DNA of 64,000 nucleotides from an uncultured Eubacteriales bacterium. Lineage in GTDB: Bacteria; Acidobacteriota; Aminicenantia; Aminicenantales; Saccharicenantaceae. Under the pieces are notes generated by a model that was not told the origin of the DNA, did no database searches, and worked only from the letters and a program-made list of their open reading frames with translations. The first letter of the stretch is position 1. Each line of letters starts with the position of its first letter. The position numbers and the translations under genes were made by a program. The stretch covers positions 173,036 through 237,035 of the forward strand of contig CAZKFD010000011.1 in NCBI GenBank assembly GCA_964551995.1, written 5' to 3'. Shown here piece after piece: positions 28,303 through 37,797 of the stretch.

Positions 28303-29976
28303 TCAGATCTTGGCGGCCACGGGCATGCGCCGGCCGCCGCCGAAGGCCTTCGACGTCACCTTGAGCCCCATCGCCGCCTGTTTCCGCTTGTATTCGTTCC
28401 TGTCGACCGCGGCCGCGACCCAGCGCGTCGTCTTCTCGTCGAAGCCGAGCCCCACGATCTCCTCCACCGAGCGGAACTCCTCGATATAGAGCCCCAGGAT
28501 CTCGTCGAGGACCGGATAGGGCGGCAGCGTGTCCTGGTCGGTCTGGTCGGGGCGCAGCTCGGCGGACGGCGCCTTGTCGATGATGGCGCGCGGAATGATA
28601 CCGGCCCCGGCCGACGCGCCCGCCCCTTTCGTCGCGCCCGCGTTGATGTGCGCCGCGAGCTCGTAGACCATCGTCTTCGGCACGTCGGACAGGACTGCCA
28701 GACCTCCGCTCATGTCGCCGTAGAGCGTGCAATAGCCGACGGCCATCTCGCTCTTGTTCCCAGTCGAAAGGACGAGGTGGCCGAACTTGTTGGAGAAGGC
28801 CATCAGGATCGTACCTCGGATCCGGGCCTGGATGTTCTCTTCCGTCACGTCCGCCTCTCGGCCCGCGAAGGGCTCTTTCAGCGTCTCGAGATAGGTCCTG
28901 TAGATCGACGTGATAGGGATCGTCAGGCACGTCACCCCGAGCCGGGCGGCCAGGTTCAGCGAGTCTTCGATGCTGCCCCTCGATGAGTAGGGCGACGGCA
29001 TGGTCACGGCGAGCACGTTTTCGGGCCCGGCCGCGGCCGCCGCCAGGCAGCATGTGACTGCCGAGTCGATCCCGCCGGACAAGCCGACCACGGCCTTGGC
29101 AAAGCCGCACTTCCTCATGTAATCCCTCAGCCCCAGGACGAGCGCCTCGTAGACGGATTCGATCCTGTCCGGCGGCACGAAAAGCCCCGGCGTCCCGGAG
29201 GCGGCGGTGTCGATCGTCCGGACGTGCTCCCGGAAGGCCGGCCCGATGGCCGTGGGCTCTCCGGCCCGGTCGAAGCACAGGCTGGAGCCGTCGAAAATGA
29301 GCTCGTCGTTGGCCCCGACCTGGTTGACGAAGACAAACGGCCGGCCGTGCCTCTGGGCATGGTTCCGGATCAGGCGGAAGCGGATCTCTGGCTTCCCGGC
29401 GTAGAATGGCGACGCCGATATGTTGATAAACAGGGTTGCCCCCCGCCCCGCTAGAACGTCGATCGGGTCGGTGCTGTAGAGCCGGCCGTTCGGCCACAGC
29501 TCCGGCTCGTTCCAGGCGTCCTCGCAGATGGAGACGGCCAGGGTTTCCCCCTTGAACGGCAGGGTCCCGATTCCCTCGGCCGGGGCGAAATAGCGCGTCT
29601 CGTCGAACACGTCGTAGGTCGGAAGCAGACTCTTGGGCTGTTCGAGAAGCACACGGCCGTCGTGGATGAGCAGGGCGGAATTGAAGAGGGGCTTCCCCAC
29701 GTCCCGCCGCGTCGGCATCGGCGCCCCGAAGAGGACGCCCGTGCGGGGAGTGGATTCCGAAGCCTTCCTCAGCTCCTCGACAGCCGAGACGACCCCCTCG
29801 ATGAAACAGGGCCTTTCGACCAGGTCCTTGGGGGGATACCCGACGAGGAACAGCTCCGGGAAGACGACGAGATCGGAGCCGCTCCGCGCCGCTCCGGCCA
29901 GGGTTTCGATGATCCTCGCCCTGTTGCCGCCGATGTCCCCGACGACCGGATTCAGCTGGGCGACCGTGACCTTCAT
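28303..29976 (-). CDS. nadE: glutamine-dependent NAD+ synthetase (CN-hydrolase + NAD synthetase domains)
   Basis: The 557 aa product has an N-terminal nitrilase-like domain. The PP-loop motif is GLSGGIDSAV. Confidence 0.9.
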   Translation of the reverse strand: MKVTVAQLNPVVGDIGGNRARIIETLAGAARSGSDLVVFPELFLVGYPPKDLVERPCFIEGVVSAVEELRKASESTPRTGVLFGAPMPTRRDVGKPLFNSALLIHDGRVLLEQPKSLLPTYDVFDETRYFAPAEGIGTLPFKGETLAVSICEDAWNEPELWPNGRLYSTDPIDVLAGRGATLFINISASPFYAGKPEIRFRLIRNHAQRHGRPFVFVNQVGANDELIFDGSSLCFDRAGEPTAIGPAFREHVRTIDTAASGTPGLFVPPDRIESVYEALVLGLRDYMRKCGFAKAVVGLSGGIDSAVTCCLAAAAAGPENVLAVTMPSPYSSRGSIEDSLNLAARLGVTCLTIPITSIYRTYLETLKEPFAGREADVTEENIQARIRGTILMAFSNKFGHLVLSTGNKSEMAVGYCTLYGDMSGGLAVLSDVPKTMVYELAAHINAGATKGAGASAGAGIIPRAIIDKAPSAELRPDQTDQDTLPPYPVLDEILGLYIEEFRSVEEIVGLGFDEKTTRWVAAAVDRNEYKRKQAAMGLKVTSKAFGGGRRMPVAAKI

Positions 29977-30141
29977 CTGCCGTCGATTATATCATAAAAC
30001 CGTCCCGAACCTGTTCTGCCCGGCCTGACGTAATGAACTGATATTCAATTAAATAGATAACCTCCCGCCGGCCGGCTGGTCGAAGTCCGCCGGAACGGCC
30101 CGCCGGCCGGGAGGGATGCCCCGTGTCGGGGGCCGGGGACC

Positions 30142-31878
30142 CTACTGGCCGACCGGCACGAGCACGACTCTCTCCAGGTTCATGGCATGGTCGTAGACGA
30201 TCGATTTGGCCTTGACCCGGAGAGTGTGGCTCCCGGCCTGAAGCGTGACTCGGCCCACGCCGAAGGCCTTGGGGAAATAATCGCTGGGCGAGGGCTCGGT
30301 CATCGCGGAGATCGTCTGGCCGTCGGCCTCGACCTCGTAGGCGGCCTTCCCGCCCGCGACGCTCGCGTAGGACACCTGCACGTCGTATGCCCCCGGCGCG
30401 GACGTCTGGAACGTCCACTCCGGATAATCACTGACGCTCTGCCAGTTGGTGAGCATCGTCGTCCGGTAGAAATAATCGAGGTAGGCGCGCTGGCCCATCT
30501 CAGCCTGGATGTCGGCGAGGCAGACGGGGAGGTCGATGCGCCCGCTTCCCGAAGCCGGCGCGATCACATAGGGATCGACGACCGGTGCGCCGGCGAGCTC
30601 GACGGCGATTACGGTCGCGTCGGGGTCGGGCGCGCGGCGCGGGAGGCGGATGACGACGTCCCTGCCCGCGCGGCGGACATCGAGAAGCGCCACCCTGTCC
30701 GTGAGCAGGTAGGCCCTTTTCACGTCCGTCCGGAGACCTGGCAGCGTGATCGATCCCTCCACGGGCCAGCCCATGACGTGGATGTAAAGGGTCCGGCCCT
30801 TGACCGTGCAGCGCCCGAAGAAGGGAAGGCGCTCGAAGACGCTGGCGGTTGTGCCGTAGATCGACTCGCCGTTCACCTTGAGCCAGGCTCCGATACGCTG
30901 CAGGCGGGCGACGAACTCCGCCGGGATCCGGCCGTCGGGCTGCGGGCCGATGTTCAGGAGCAGGTTTCCGCCCTTGCTCACGATCTCGATGAGCTGGCGG
31001 ATGAGCTGGCTCGCGCTGTGGAACTCCGTCTCGTAACGGTTGTAGCCCCATCCGTTCCAGTTCATCGTATAGCAGGCCTCCCAAAGGCGCGGCGTCCCGT
31101 CGGGGTTCCTGATGCCCGTTGCCGGGACGTAGTTCTCGGGCGTTCCGAAGTCGCCGCAGCCCGGGAGACGGTCGTTGATGAGGATGGACGGCTTCAGACC
31201 GCGCAGCATCTTCTCGATCTCGACGGCGCGCTGTTCCTTCGCCGTGTGCTCCCACTGGCCGTCGAACCAGAGGATGGCCGGGTCGTAGCGCGTCACGAGC
31301 TCCCGGACCTGGTTCATCGCGTAGTCCATATAGCGGTTGAAGTCGGCCCCGCGGGTCGGGCGGTCCTTCTCCCAGCCGCGGCGCGGCAGGTAGTCAGGGT
31401 GATGCCAATCCATGATGGAGTAATAAAAGCCGAGAGGGATGCCGGCCGTCTTGCAGGCCGCCGAGAGCATGGCCAGGATGTCCTTCCCGTACTTGGCGTG
31501 CGCGACGTCGTAGGTCGTGTAGGCGCTATCGAACATGCAGAAGCCGTCGTGGTGCTTAGAGGTGATGATGATGTAGCGGACGCCGGCCTCTTTGGCCAGG
31601 GCCGTCCACGCCGCCGGGTCGAAGTCGACGGGGTTGAAGTTGTCGGCATAATACCGGTATTCGGCAAGCGGGATCTCGAGGATCTGGCGGGCCCACTCTT
31701 CGCGCCCGATCATGGAGTAGACGCCCCAGTGGATGAAGAGGCCGAACTTCGCGTCCCGGAACCACTGCGTCCGGTCAGACTGGGCGGCGTCCTTTCCGGC
31801 CTTCGGCGGGCCTGACGCCGCCGCGGCCATGGTCGCCAGGAAGAATACGAGGACCACGAAGACGAGACGCTTGTTCAT
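30142..31878 (-). CDS. secreted alpha-L-fucosidase (GH29) with C-terminal beta-sandwich domain
   Basis: The product has a signal peptide and the FGLFIHWGVYS motif. A GAGGAGG RBS precedes it. Confidence 0.85.
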   Translation of the reverse strand: MNKRLVFVVLVFFLATMAAAASGPPKAGKDAAQSDRTQWFRDAKFGLFIHWGVYSMIGREEWARQILEIPLAEYRYYADNFNPVDFDPAAWTALAKEAGVRYIIITSKHHDGFCMFDSAYTTYDVAHAKYGKDILAMLSAACKTAGIPLGFYYSIMDWHHPDYLPRRGWEKDRPTRGADFNRYMDYAMNQVRELVTRYDPAILWFDGQWEHTAKEQRAVEIEKMLRGLKPSILINDRLPGCGDFGTPENYVPATGIRNPDGTPRLWEACYTMNWNGWGYNRYETEFHSASQLIRQLIEIVSKGGNLLLNIGPQPDGRIPAEFVARLQRIGAWLKVNGESIYGTTASVFERLPFFGRCTVKGRTLYIHVMGWPVEGSITLPGLRTDVKRAYLLTDRVALLDVRRAGRDVVIRLPRRAPDPDATVIAVELAGAPVVDPYVIAPASGSGRIDLPVCLADIQAEMGQRAYLDYFYRTTMLTNWQSVSDYPEWTFQTSAPGAYDVQVSYASVAGGKAAYEVEADGQTISAMTEPSPSDYFPKAFGVGRVTLQAGSHTLRVKAKSIVYDHAMNLERVVLVPVGQ

Positions 31879-32000
31879 TTTCTCAACCTCCTCGACGCCC
31901 GCTCCGGCGTCACGGACCTGAATCTACCAAATGGGGTCAAGGCAAGTCAATCGGCGGGGTAGGATGAGCCTGTCCTCCAGGTCCCGGCCTTCAGGACATG

Positions 32001-33797
32001 TCATTCCGGGCGCTTCAGCCAGCCTTTGAGGATCGCGGCCTGCAGGGGGGTCGGGCCAGGGTCCCGGGAGATGGAGTAGTCGTGTTTCATGTTCTTCCCG
32101 AGCGCGATCTCCGCGTCCCGCTCCGCCCCGCCCCTTGAGAGGCGCGCCTTGACGGTGTCCCCCGGCTTCTTGGCCGTCAGCAGAGCGCTGAGAACGTCGG
32201 CCGTGGCCCGGCGGCCGTCGAGTTCCAGGAGTTCGTCTCCCGGGCGCAGGCCGGCGGTCTCCGCCGGCGATCCGCTGCTCGCGCCGGTGACGATCAATTT
32301 CCCGTCGGCGGTCTGGGTGTCCAGGCCGAGATAAGCTCCCGGCGCCTCCTTCGCCGTGTCGACGACCCGCAACCCGGCGTAGCCGAAGTACTTGGCGTAA
32401 TCGACGTCCTTCGTCGTGGATGCGTATGCGAACATCTCGGCCATCGGCTGCCCGGCCGCCGCCTCGCACGCCTCGCGGAATTCCGCGTCCGTGAAGCCGC
32501 GCTTCAGACCCTGGGCATACTTCCGGTAGAGCTGCCGCATCACGTCGTCCAGGGACCTCCGGTTCCCGCTGTCATGGCGGATCTCGAGGTCGAGCATGGC
32601 CCCGAGCATCGCCCCGTTGTCGTAATACGAGATCTTCGTCTTCCCGCCGCCGAGGCCCTGGCTGCTCCACGTTTCGAGGCTGGATTCCGCCGCCGACTGG
32701 TAGCGGCGGCCGGGGCTGTTCTCGAAACGGGTCATGGCCTTTTCCATCCGTTCGAGATACTCGTCCCCCGTCATCAGGCCGGCCCTCACCATGATGATGT
32801 CCTCGTAATAGACCGTCAGGCCCTCGGACACCCAGAGCATATCGGTCAGGTTTTCCGTTTCATAGTCAAAGGGCCCCAGAGCGAGAGGCCGGATGCGCTT
32901 GACGTTGAAGTTGTGGAAGTATTCGTGGGAGATGTAGCTGAGCCAGCCCTGATACCCTTTTTCGTCGACGAGGCCCCGGCCGTTGAACGAACAGGCCGCC
33001 GAGTTCGCGTGCTCGATGCCGCCGTTTCCCTTGCCCATCAGCAGGAACGTGTAGTGAGTGTAGGGGATCGCCTCCATCAGGCCCGTGGCGGTTTCGACGA
33101 TCCGCTTCAGGTCGGCCAGCATCCGCCGGCGGTCCACCGTGTCCGGGACGTCCTCGATCACCACCGTGTGCGGAACGCCCCGGACCTCGAACCGGGCCGT
33201 CTCCTGATTGCCGAGCAGAAGCGGGCAGTCATAGAGGACGTCGAAATCCGGCGCGAAGAAGGTGCCGGGCCGGCCCCCGACCGGGTCGAGTCCGGTCGCG
33301 ACGCGGGTCCAGCCCTCGGGGAGACGGACGGTGACGGTCACCGGATGCCGGATCTCTCCCGCGGGGTAGACGAATATCCCCGGCGGCGCGAGGAACGCCC
33401 GTCCGGCGTCTGCGAAATTGGCCGCCACGAAAGGGATGTCCGCTAGGACGTCATAGTCCAGGACGACGACGGGCGATTGCGCGGCCGCGACGCGCCACGT
33501 GTTCCGGGTGACTTTCTCCCAGCCGAGGGCATGTCCGTCCCCGTCCGCGGCGCGGAAATTCGAGACGTTTTTTTCGTAATCCAGGATCCTGTAGTAACCG
33601 GGCATCCAGGCCGGCATCTCGAAATCCCGGACCACGCCCTTCAGTCCTTCCGCGCGGAAGCGGACATGGAGAATGTGTGCGTCCGGATGCGGGATTGAAA
33701 CCGTGAAGGCCAGCCGGGCTTCCGGTGGCCGGCCGAAGGCGGAGACCGGCGCGAAAAGGAGGACAAGGCCGAGGAGGGCGGCCAGATGCCGTCTCAC
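32001..33797 (-). CDS. secreted M61 glycyl aminopeptidase family metallopeptidase with C-terminal PDZ domain
   Basis: The HEYFH zinc motif is present. A probable GTG start at 33797 follows a GAGGAGG RBS and gives signal peptide (M)RRHLAALLGLVLLFAPVSAFG. An alternative ATG lies at 33866. Confidence 0.8.
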   Translation of the reverse strand: MRRHLAALLGLVLLFAPVSAFGRPPEARLAFTVSIPHPDAHILHVRFRAEGLKGVVRDFEMPAWMPGYYRILDYEKNVSNFRAADGDGHALGWEKVTRNTWRVAAAQSPVVVLDYDVLADIPFVAANFADAGRAFLAPPGIFVYPAGEIRHPVTVTVRLPEGWTRVATGLDPVGGRPGTFFAPDFDVLYDCPLLLGNQETARFEVRGVPHTVVIEDVPDTVDRRRMLADLKRIVETATGLMEAIPYTHYTFLLMGKGNGGIEHANSAACSFNGRGLVDEKGYQGWLSYISHEYFHNFNVKRIRPLALGPFDYETENLTDMLWVSEGLTVYYEDIIMVRAGLMTGDEYLERMEKAMTRFENSPGRRYQSAAESSLETWSSQGLGGGKTKISYYDNGAMLGAMLDLEIRHDSGNRRSLDDVMRQLYRKYAQGLKRGFTDAEFREACEAAAGQPMAEMFAYASTTKDVDYAKYFGYAGLRVVDTAKEAPGAYLGLDTQTADGKLIVTGASSGSPAETAGLRPGDELLELDGRRATADVLSALLTAKKPGDTVKARLSRGGAERDAEIALGKNMKHDYSISRDPGPTPLQAAILKGWLKRPE

Positions 33798-34057
33798 CGC
33801 TTCCTCCTCTTGAGGAGGGCCGTCAGGAGAAAGGCGCCGCCGATGAGGATCATCAGGATGCCCCACGCCAGGTTGACGTTGAAGCCGAGCGATCTCTCGT
33901 ACAACTCCCCTTTTGTCAGCAAGCCGTAGACCGTGAGGACGACGCCGTAGCCGCCGAGGAGCCAGCCGATCGGCAGCTTGAGGTCGAGAGCGTGCCCCTC
34001 GCCCATCCCCTTCTCGGGCTCCGTCTCCTGTCCCTTCATGCCCCGTTCGTCTCTCAT
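33794..34057 (-). CDS. small 2-TM membrane protein downstream of the SSS symporter
   Basis: The 87 aa product reads ..PIGWLLGGYGVVLTVYGLL..LAWGILMILIGGAFLLTALLKRRKR. AAGGAG lies 7 nt upstream. Confidence 0.4.
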   Translation of the reverse strand: MRDERGMKGQETEPEKGMGEGHALDLKLPIGWLLGGYGVVLTVYGLLTKGELYERSLGFNVNLAWGILMILIGGAFLLTALLKRRKR

Positions 34058-34085
34058 CGTTCGCTCCTTCCCGTCAGCGGCCCGA

Positions 34086-35705
34086 TCACCAGAAGATGAT
34101 GTTCAGGAGGACGGCGACGAGGATCGCCACGGCCCCCCAGACCGCGGGCCGGGCGAACCACCTCGCCGCCGCCTTCACGCGGGGGGTCAGGCCGAACACG
34201 AGGCCCCTGAGATCCTCGGGATTCCGCCTTGCCGTGAAGAGGCTGACCCCGATCGTCATCACGAAGTCCGCGAGCCAGGCCCACCAGGCCTGGTAGAAGT
34301 TCGCGGCCATGTCGCTTGCGTAATGCAGGACGCCGGCCTTGAAGGCGACGTAGTGGCCGGCGGCCGTCAGGATGCCGAAGAGAAGCCCGAAGAACCCGCC
34401 CCACGCCGTGGCCCCGGCCCAGAACATCCCGAGGAGGAAGGTGGCGAAGAGCGGCGCGTTGAAGAAGGAGAAGACGAGCTGCATGTAATCCATGAGGTTG
34501 GGAAACGACCGAACGATATAGGCCGTGCCGACGCTGATAAAGACGCCGAAGACGGTCGCGTACTTGCCCATGTTCAGATAGTGGGAATCGGGCTTGCCTC
34601 TCCGGATGTACGTCCCGTAGATGTCGTAGGTCCAGATCGTGTTGAAGGCCGTGACGTTGCCGGCCATCCCGGACATGAAGCTCGCCAGGAGGGCGGTGAT
34701 GGCCAGCCCGAGGACGCCGTTGGGCAGGTAGTGCTTCATCAGCAGGATGAGCGCGGAGTTGTATTCCGCCGTGCGGCCGACGGCCTGGCTGAACTCCGGC
34801 AGGACGATGAGAGCCACGAGGCCCGGGATGACGACGATGATCGGAACGAGCATCTTGGGAAACGAGGCGATGATCGGCGTCATGCGGGCCGAGTTGATGT
34901 TCTTCGAGGCCAGCGCCCTCTGGACGACCAGGAAGTCCGTCGTCCAGTAGCCGAACGACAGGACGAATCCCAGGCCGAAGACGACGCCGAACCAGTCGAC
35001 GCCGAGCGGGTTGTTGCTCGTGCCGAGGAACTTGATCGAATGGAGCAGCGGCTCCTTGAGCCTGGCCGCGAATCCCGCGACGCCCCCGACCTCCCGGAGG
35101 CCGAGGAAAACGATCGGCAGGAGGCCGAGCCAAATGAGGAAGAACTGGATGACCTCGTTGTAGATCGACGAGGACAGGCCTCCCCAGAAGACGTAGATGA
35201 GGACCACGGCGGCGGCGAAGAGGATGCTCCCGGTGAGCGACCAGCCGAGCATGAGCTTGAAGAGGAGGGCCATGGCGTAGAGGCTGATGCCGCTCATGAG
35301 GACCGTCATGACGGCGAAGGAGATCGCGTTCAGGCCGCGCGTGGCCTCGTTGTAGCGGAGCTTGAGGTATTCGGGGACTGTCCTCACCCGGCTCCCGTAG
35401 TAGAAGGGCATCATGAAGATCCCCAGGAAGACCATGGCCGGGATGGCCCCGACCCAGTAGAAATGGACCGTGGTGATGCCGTACTTGGCCGAGTTGGCCA
35501 CCATCCCGATGACCTCCAGGGCGCCCAGGTTGGCCGACAGGAAGGCGAGGCCCGTGATCCAGCCCGGGAGCGACCGGCCCGAAAGGAAGAAGTCCTCCCC
35601 GGTCTTCATGTACTTCTTGAGGGAGTAGCCAACGAGGATCATGACCAGGATGTAACCGGCGATGATGGCGTAATCGACGGCGTTGAGGACGATGATCGGA
35701 TGCAT
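34086..35705 (-). CDS. sodium:solute symporter family (SSS) transporter
   Basis: The 539 aa product has about 13 TM segments and typical SSF motifs. It is the correct frame inside a 1122 aa antisense artefact ORF. Confidence 0.85.
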   Translation of the reverse strand: MHPIIVLNAVDYAIIAGYILVMILVGYSLKKYMKTGEDFFLSGRSLPGWITGLAFLSANLGALEVIGMVANSAKYGITTVHFYWVGAIPAMVFLGIFMMPFYYGSRVRTVPEYLKLRYNEATRGLNAISFAVMTVLMSGISLYAMALLFKLMLGWSLTGSILFAAAVVLIYVFWGGLSSSIYNEVIQFFLIWLGLLPIVFLGLREVGGVAGFAARLKEPLLHSIKFLGTSNNPLGVDWFGVVFGLGFVLSFGYWTTDFLVVQRALASKNINSARMTPIIASFPKMLVPIIVVIPGLVALIVLPEFSQAVGRTAEYNSALILLMKHYLPNGVLGLAITALLASFMSGMAGNVTAFNTIWTYDIYGTYIRRGKPDSHYLNMGKYATVFGVFISVGTAYIVRSFPNLMDYMQLVFSFFNAPLFATFLLGMFWAGATAWGGFFGLLFGILTAAGHYVAFKAGVLHYASDMAANFYQAWWAWLADFVMTIGVSLFTARRNPEDLRGLVFGLTPRVKAAARWFARPAVWGAVAILVAVLLNIIFW

Positions 35706-35788
35706 CTCCTTCTCCTTTCCTCGAGGGAGCCGTCCGGAGACCGGCGCGGAGCGGGCGGCGACCGTCCCCGCCCCGTCCGCGGCAGAAC

Positions 35789-35817
35789 ATATAACACAGG
35801 AGAATTCGGGCTGTCAA
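35789..35817 (-). promoter_or_regulatory. candidate sigma70 promoter (TTGACA-17-TTATAT) for the SSS symporter
   Basis: On the minus strand, TTGACA is at 35812-35817 and TTATAT at 35789-35794, in the divergent intergenic region. Confidence 0.35.
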
Positions 35818-35937
35818 AAGGGCGCGTTGCCGACTCGCGGACGTTCGAGGAGGGGCCTTCGGCGCGGGGCCCGGGCCGGCGCCGTGCCGGTGAGAAAATC
35901 CTCGCCGCGGGACGTTCCCTTTCTTGAGGAGCCCCAA

Positions 35938-36975
35938 ATGGCTGGAGAGACGCCCGCGAAGACCCCCCCGGGGGCAGGGAACGACGACGGGTATCCCGCG
36001 GCCGCCGTCCGCCCCTTTTTGGGGTCGGCCCCGTCGGTCGAAAAAATCCGGGTCATGATTGAAAAGGTGCGGGATACCGACGCCCCGGTGTTCATCCTCG
36101 GCGAGAGCGGGACGGGAAAGGAGCTCGCCGCCCGGACGATCCACGAGACGGGCGCGCGCCGGGCCGGTCCGTTCGTCGCCGTCAACTGCGGGGCCATCCC
36201 CGAGAGCCTGCTCGAAAGCGAGCTCTTCGGCCACGCCCGGGGCGCGTTCACCGGGGCCTTCCGGGACAAGCCCGGCCTCGTCGAAGAAGCCGCCGGAGGG
36301 ACGTTCTTTCTCGACGAGGTCGGCGACCTGCCGTTCGGCCTCCAGGCCAAGCTCCTTCGGCTTCTCGAGGAGCGGACGATCCGCAGGGTCGGGGAGACGC
36401 GGGTCCGGACCGTCGATGTCCGCTTCATCAGCGCCACGAACAAGGACATCGATCATGAGGTCGCCCGCGGGAACTTCCGTGAGGACCTCTACTACCGGCT
36501 CAAGATCATCCCGATCGAGCTCCCGGCGCTCCGGGAGAGGCGGGAGGACATCGTCGTGCTCCTCAACTACTTCGTGGGCGAGTACGCGCGGCGCATGCGG
36601 CGACCGCGGCCCCATTTCTCGCCGCGGGCGCTCGAGCTCCTGACCGGCTATTCCTGGCCCGGCAACGTTCGCGAGCTCCAGAACGAGGTCCAGCGCTGCC
36701 TCGTCATCGCCGGGCTCAGCCCGATGATCCGGGAGGATTTCCTGTCCCCGAAAATCAACCCGGGAGGGGAGGAGTATACGCCGTCTTCCCATCTTCTGGC
36801 CGGGGCCCGGGCCGAGTTCGAAAAAAGGTTCCTCCGGGAGGCCCTGGCCCGTTGCAACTTCCACCGCAGCCGGACGGCCGCGGAGATCGGCCTTACGCGC
36901 CAGGGGCTGTTCAAGCTGCTCAAAAAGCACAATATCCGGCCGGGGAGCCCGGAGCCGGCAAAAGAAACGTCGTAG
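35938..36975 (+). CDS. sigma-54-dependent transcriptional activator (AAA+ EBP + Fis-type HTH) lacking a sensory/receiver domain
   Basis: The product has the GESGTGKE Walker A, ESELFGH and GAFTGA motifs and a C-terminal HTH. A GAGGAG RBS lies 6 nt before the ATG at 35938. Only about 35 aa precede the AAA+ domain. Confidence 0.8.
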   Translation: MAGETPAKTPPGAGNDDGYPAAAVRPFLGSAPSVEKIRVMIEKVRDTDAPVFILGESGTGKELAARTIHETGARRAGPFVAVNCGAIPESLLESELFGHARGAFTGAFRDKPGLVEEAAGGTFFLDEVGDLPFGLQAKLLRLLEERTIRRVGETRVRTVDVRFISATNKDIDHEVARGNFREDLYYRLKIIPIELPALRERREDIVVLLNYFVGEYARRMRRPRPHFSPRALELLTGYSWPGNVRELQNEVQRCLVIAGLSPMIREDFLSPKINPGGEEYTPSSHLLAGARAEFEKRFLREALARCNFHRSRTAAEIGLTRQGLFKLLKKHNIRPGSPEPAKETS

Positions 36976-37050
36976 AGGCGAAGAAGGACAGCTCCGAAGG
37001 GATAGCCCCCTGTGTTGAAGCGGCGGAGCGGTGTGTGCTACATTCGACGC

Positions 37051-37332
37051 ATGGCGGAGACGAAGGACAAGCCCGGGGTCTTTCAGGTGACCTGTCCGTG
37101 CTGCGGGGCCCTGCTCTGGGTGGACGGGGCGTCGCGGGCCGTCATGAGATCGGAGAAGGCCAAGAAGGCCAAGGGTTCGCTCGACGACCTCCTGGTCAAG
37201 GAGAAGGTCCGGACGGACCAGTTTGGCCGCAAGTTCGACGCGACCTTCGAGCTGCAGAAAGAGAAGCACGCCAAGGCCGACGAGCTGTTCAAGAACGCGC
37301 TCGAAAAAGCGGAAAAGGGCGAGGACGAGTAG
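37051..37332 (+). CDS. small hypothetical protein with N-terminal CPCC zinc-ribbon-like motif and charged coiled-coil tail
   Basis: MAETKDKPGVFQVTCPCCGALLWVDG.. No clear RBS is present. An alternative GTG start lies at 37012. Confidence 0.35.
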   Translation: MAETKDKPGVFQVTCPCCGALLWVDGASRAVMRSEKAKKAKGSLDDLLVKEKVRTDQFGRKFDATFELQKEKHAKADELFKNALEKAEKGEDE

Positions 37333-37440
37333 GATCCGCGGCGGCTCCCGGCCTTTGGACGCCGATCCTGAAAAGTGCCCAGTCCGAATCCGGCCGAGCT
37401 CTCCGGAGCTGGGTTCGGACATATCGCGAGGGAAGCGGGG

Positions 37441-37641
37441 CTAGCTCCCGGCCTGCGTCTCGTCCTCCCGCACGCGCGGCGCCATCGTCCATTTCATGAA
37501 GCCGAAGAGGATGAGCATCCCGACCGACAGATAGTTTATGAAAACCCAGGGGAGGCCCATGACCGCGGTGACGGAGGCGGCCGCCACGAGCAGGACCTGG
37601 GCCTTGATCTCGTAGATGCCGTATTTTTCCCAGAAGCGCAA
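37441..37641 (-). CDS. possible small hydrophobic protein (TTG start inside an inverted repeat) - doubtful
   Basis: The 66 aa ORF has a hydrophobic core. Its start overlaps the 12 bp inverted repeat at 37631-37667. Confidence 0.2.
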   Translation of the reverse strand: MRFWEKYGIYEIKAQVLLVAAASVTAVMGLPWVFINYLSVGMLILFGFMKWTMAPRVREDETQAGS

Positions 37642-37667
37642 CTCCGAGCCACTCCGTTGCGCTTCTG
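37631..37667. repeat. perfect 12-bp inverted repeat (CAGAAGCGCAAC-13nt-GTTGCGCTTCTG)
   Basis: The repeat was read directly from the sequence. It lies about 130 nt downstream of the iadA stop on the minus strand and has no U-tract. Confidence 0.5.
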
Positions 37668-37797
37668 ATGGTCGCTCTCAAGAATCCGCTCCCTGCCGGT
37701 CCCCTCCAAACGGGGTCTTTCGGGCGGCCCTGAGACCGCCCAAACCTTCACTCGAGTATTAAGAGTGACCGTTGCCACAGGAAGCTGTCCCTCTTGG

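Noticed and set aside
30040-30141. GC-rich direct/inverted repeats (cccgccggccgg x2) and a CCCCGacaCGGGG hairpin downstream of the fucosidase gene
   Set aside because: They are short and imperfect and carry no U-tract. They may act as a weak terminator but cannot be distinguished from background GC-rich palindromes.
35760-35880. Possible sigma54 -24/-12 element (GGCAAC...TTTTGA) between the sigma54 activator and the SSS symporter
   Set aside because: The spacing and bases do not fit the GG-N10-GC consensus. Only a sigma70-like element is supportable.
34054-37422. 1122-aa ORF on the minus strand
   Set aside because: It is antisense to, or overlaps, the well-supported SSS symporter and the sigma54 activator. 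Its translation is Arg/Gly/Pro-rich low complexity. This is a typical stop-codon-poor antisense frame in high-GC DNA.
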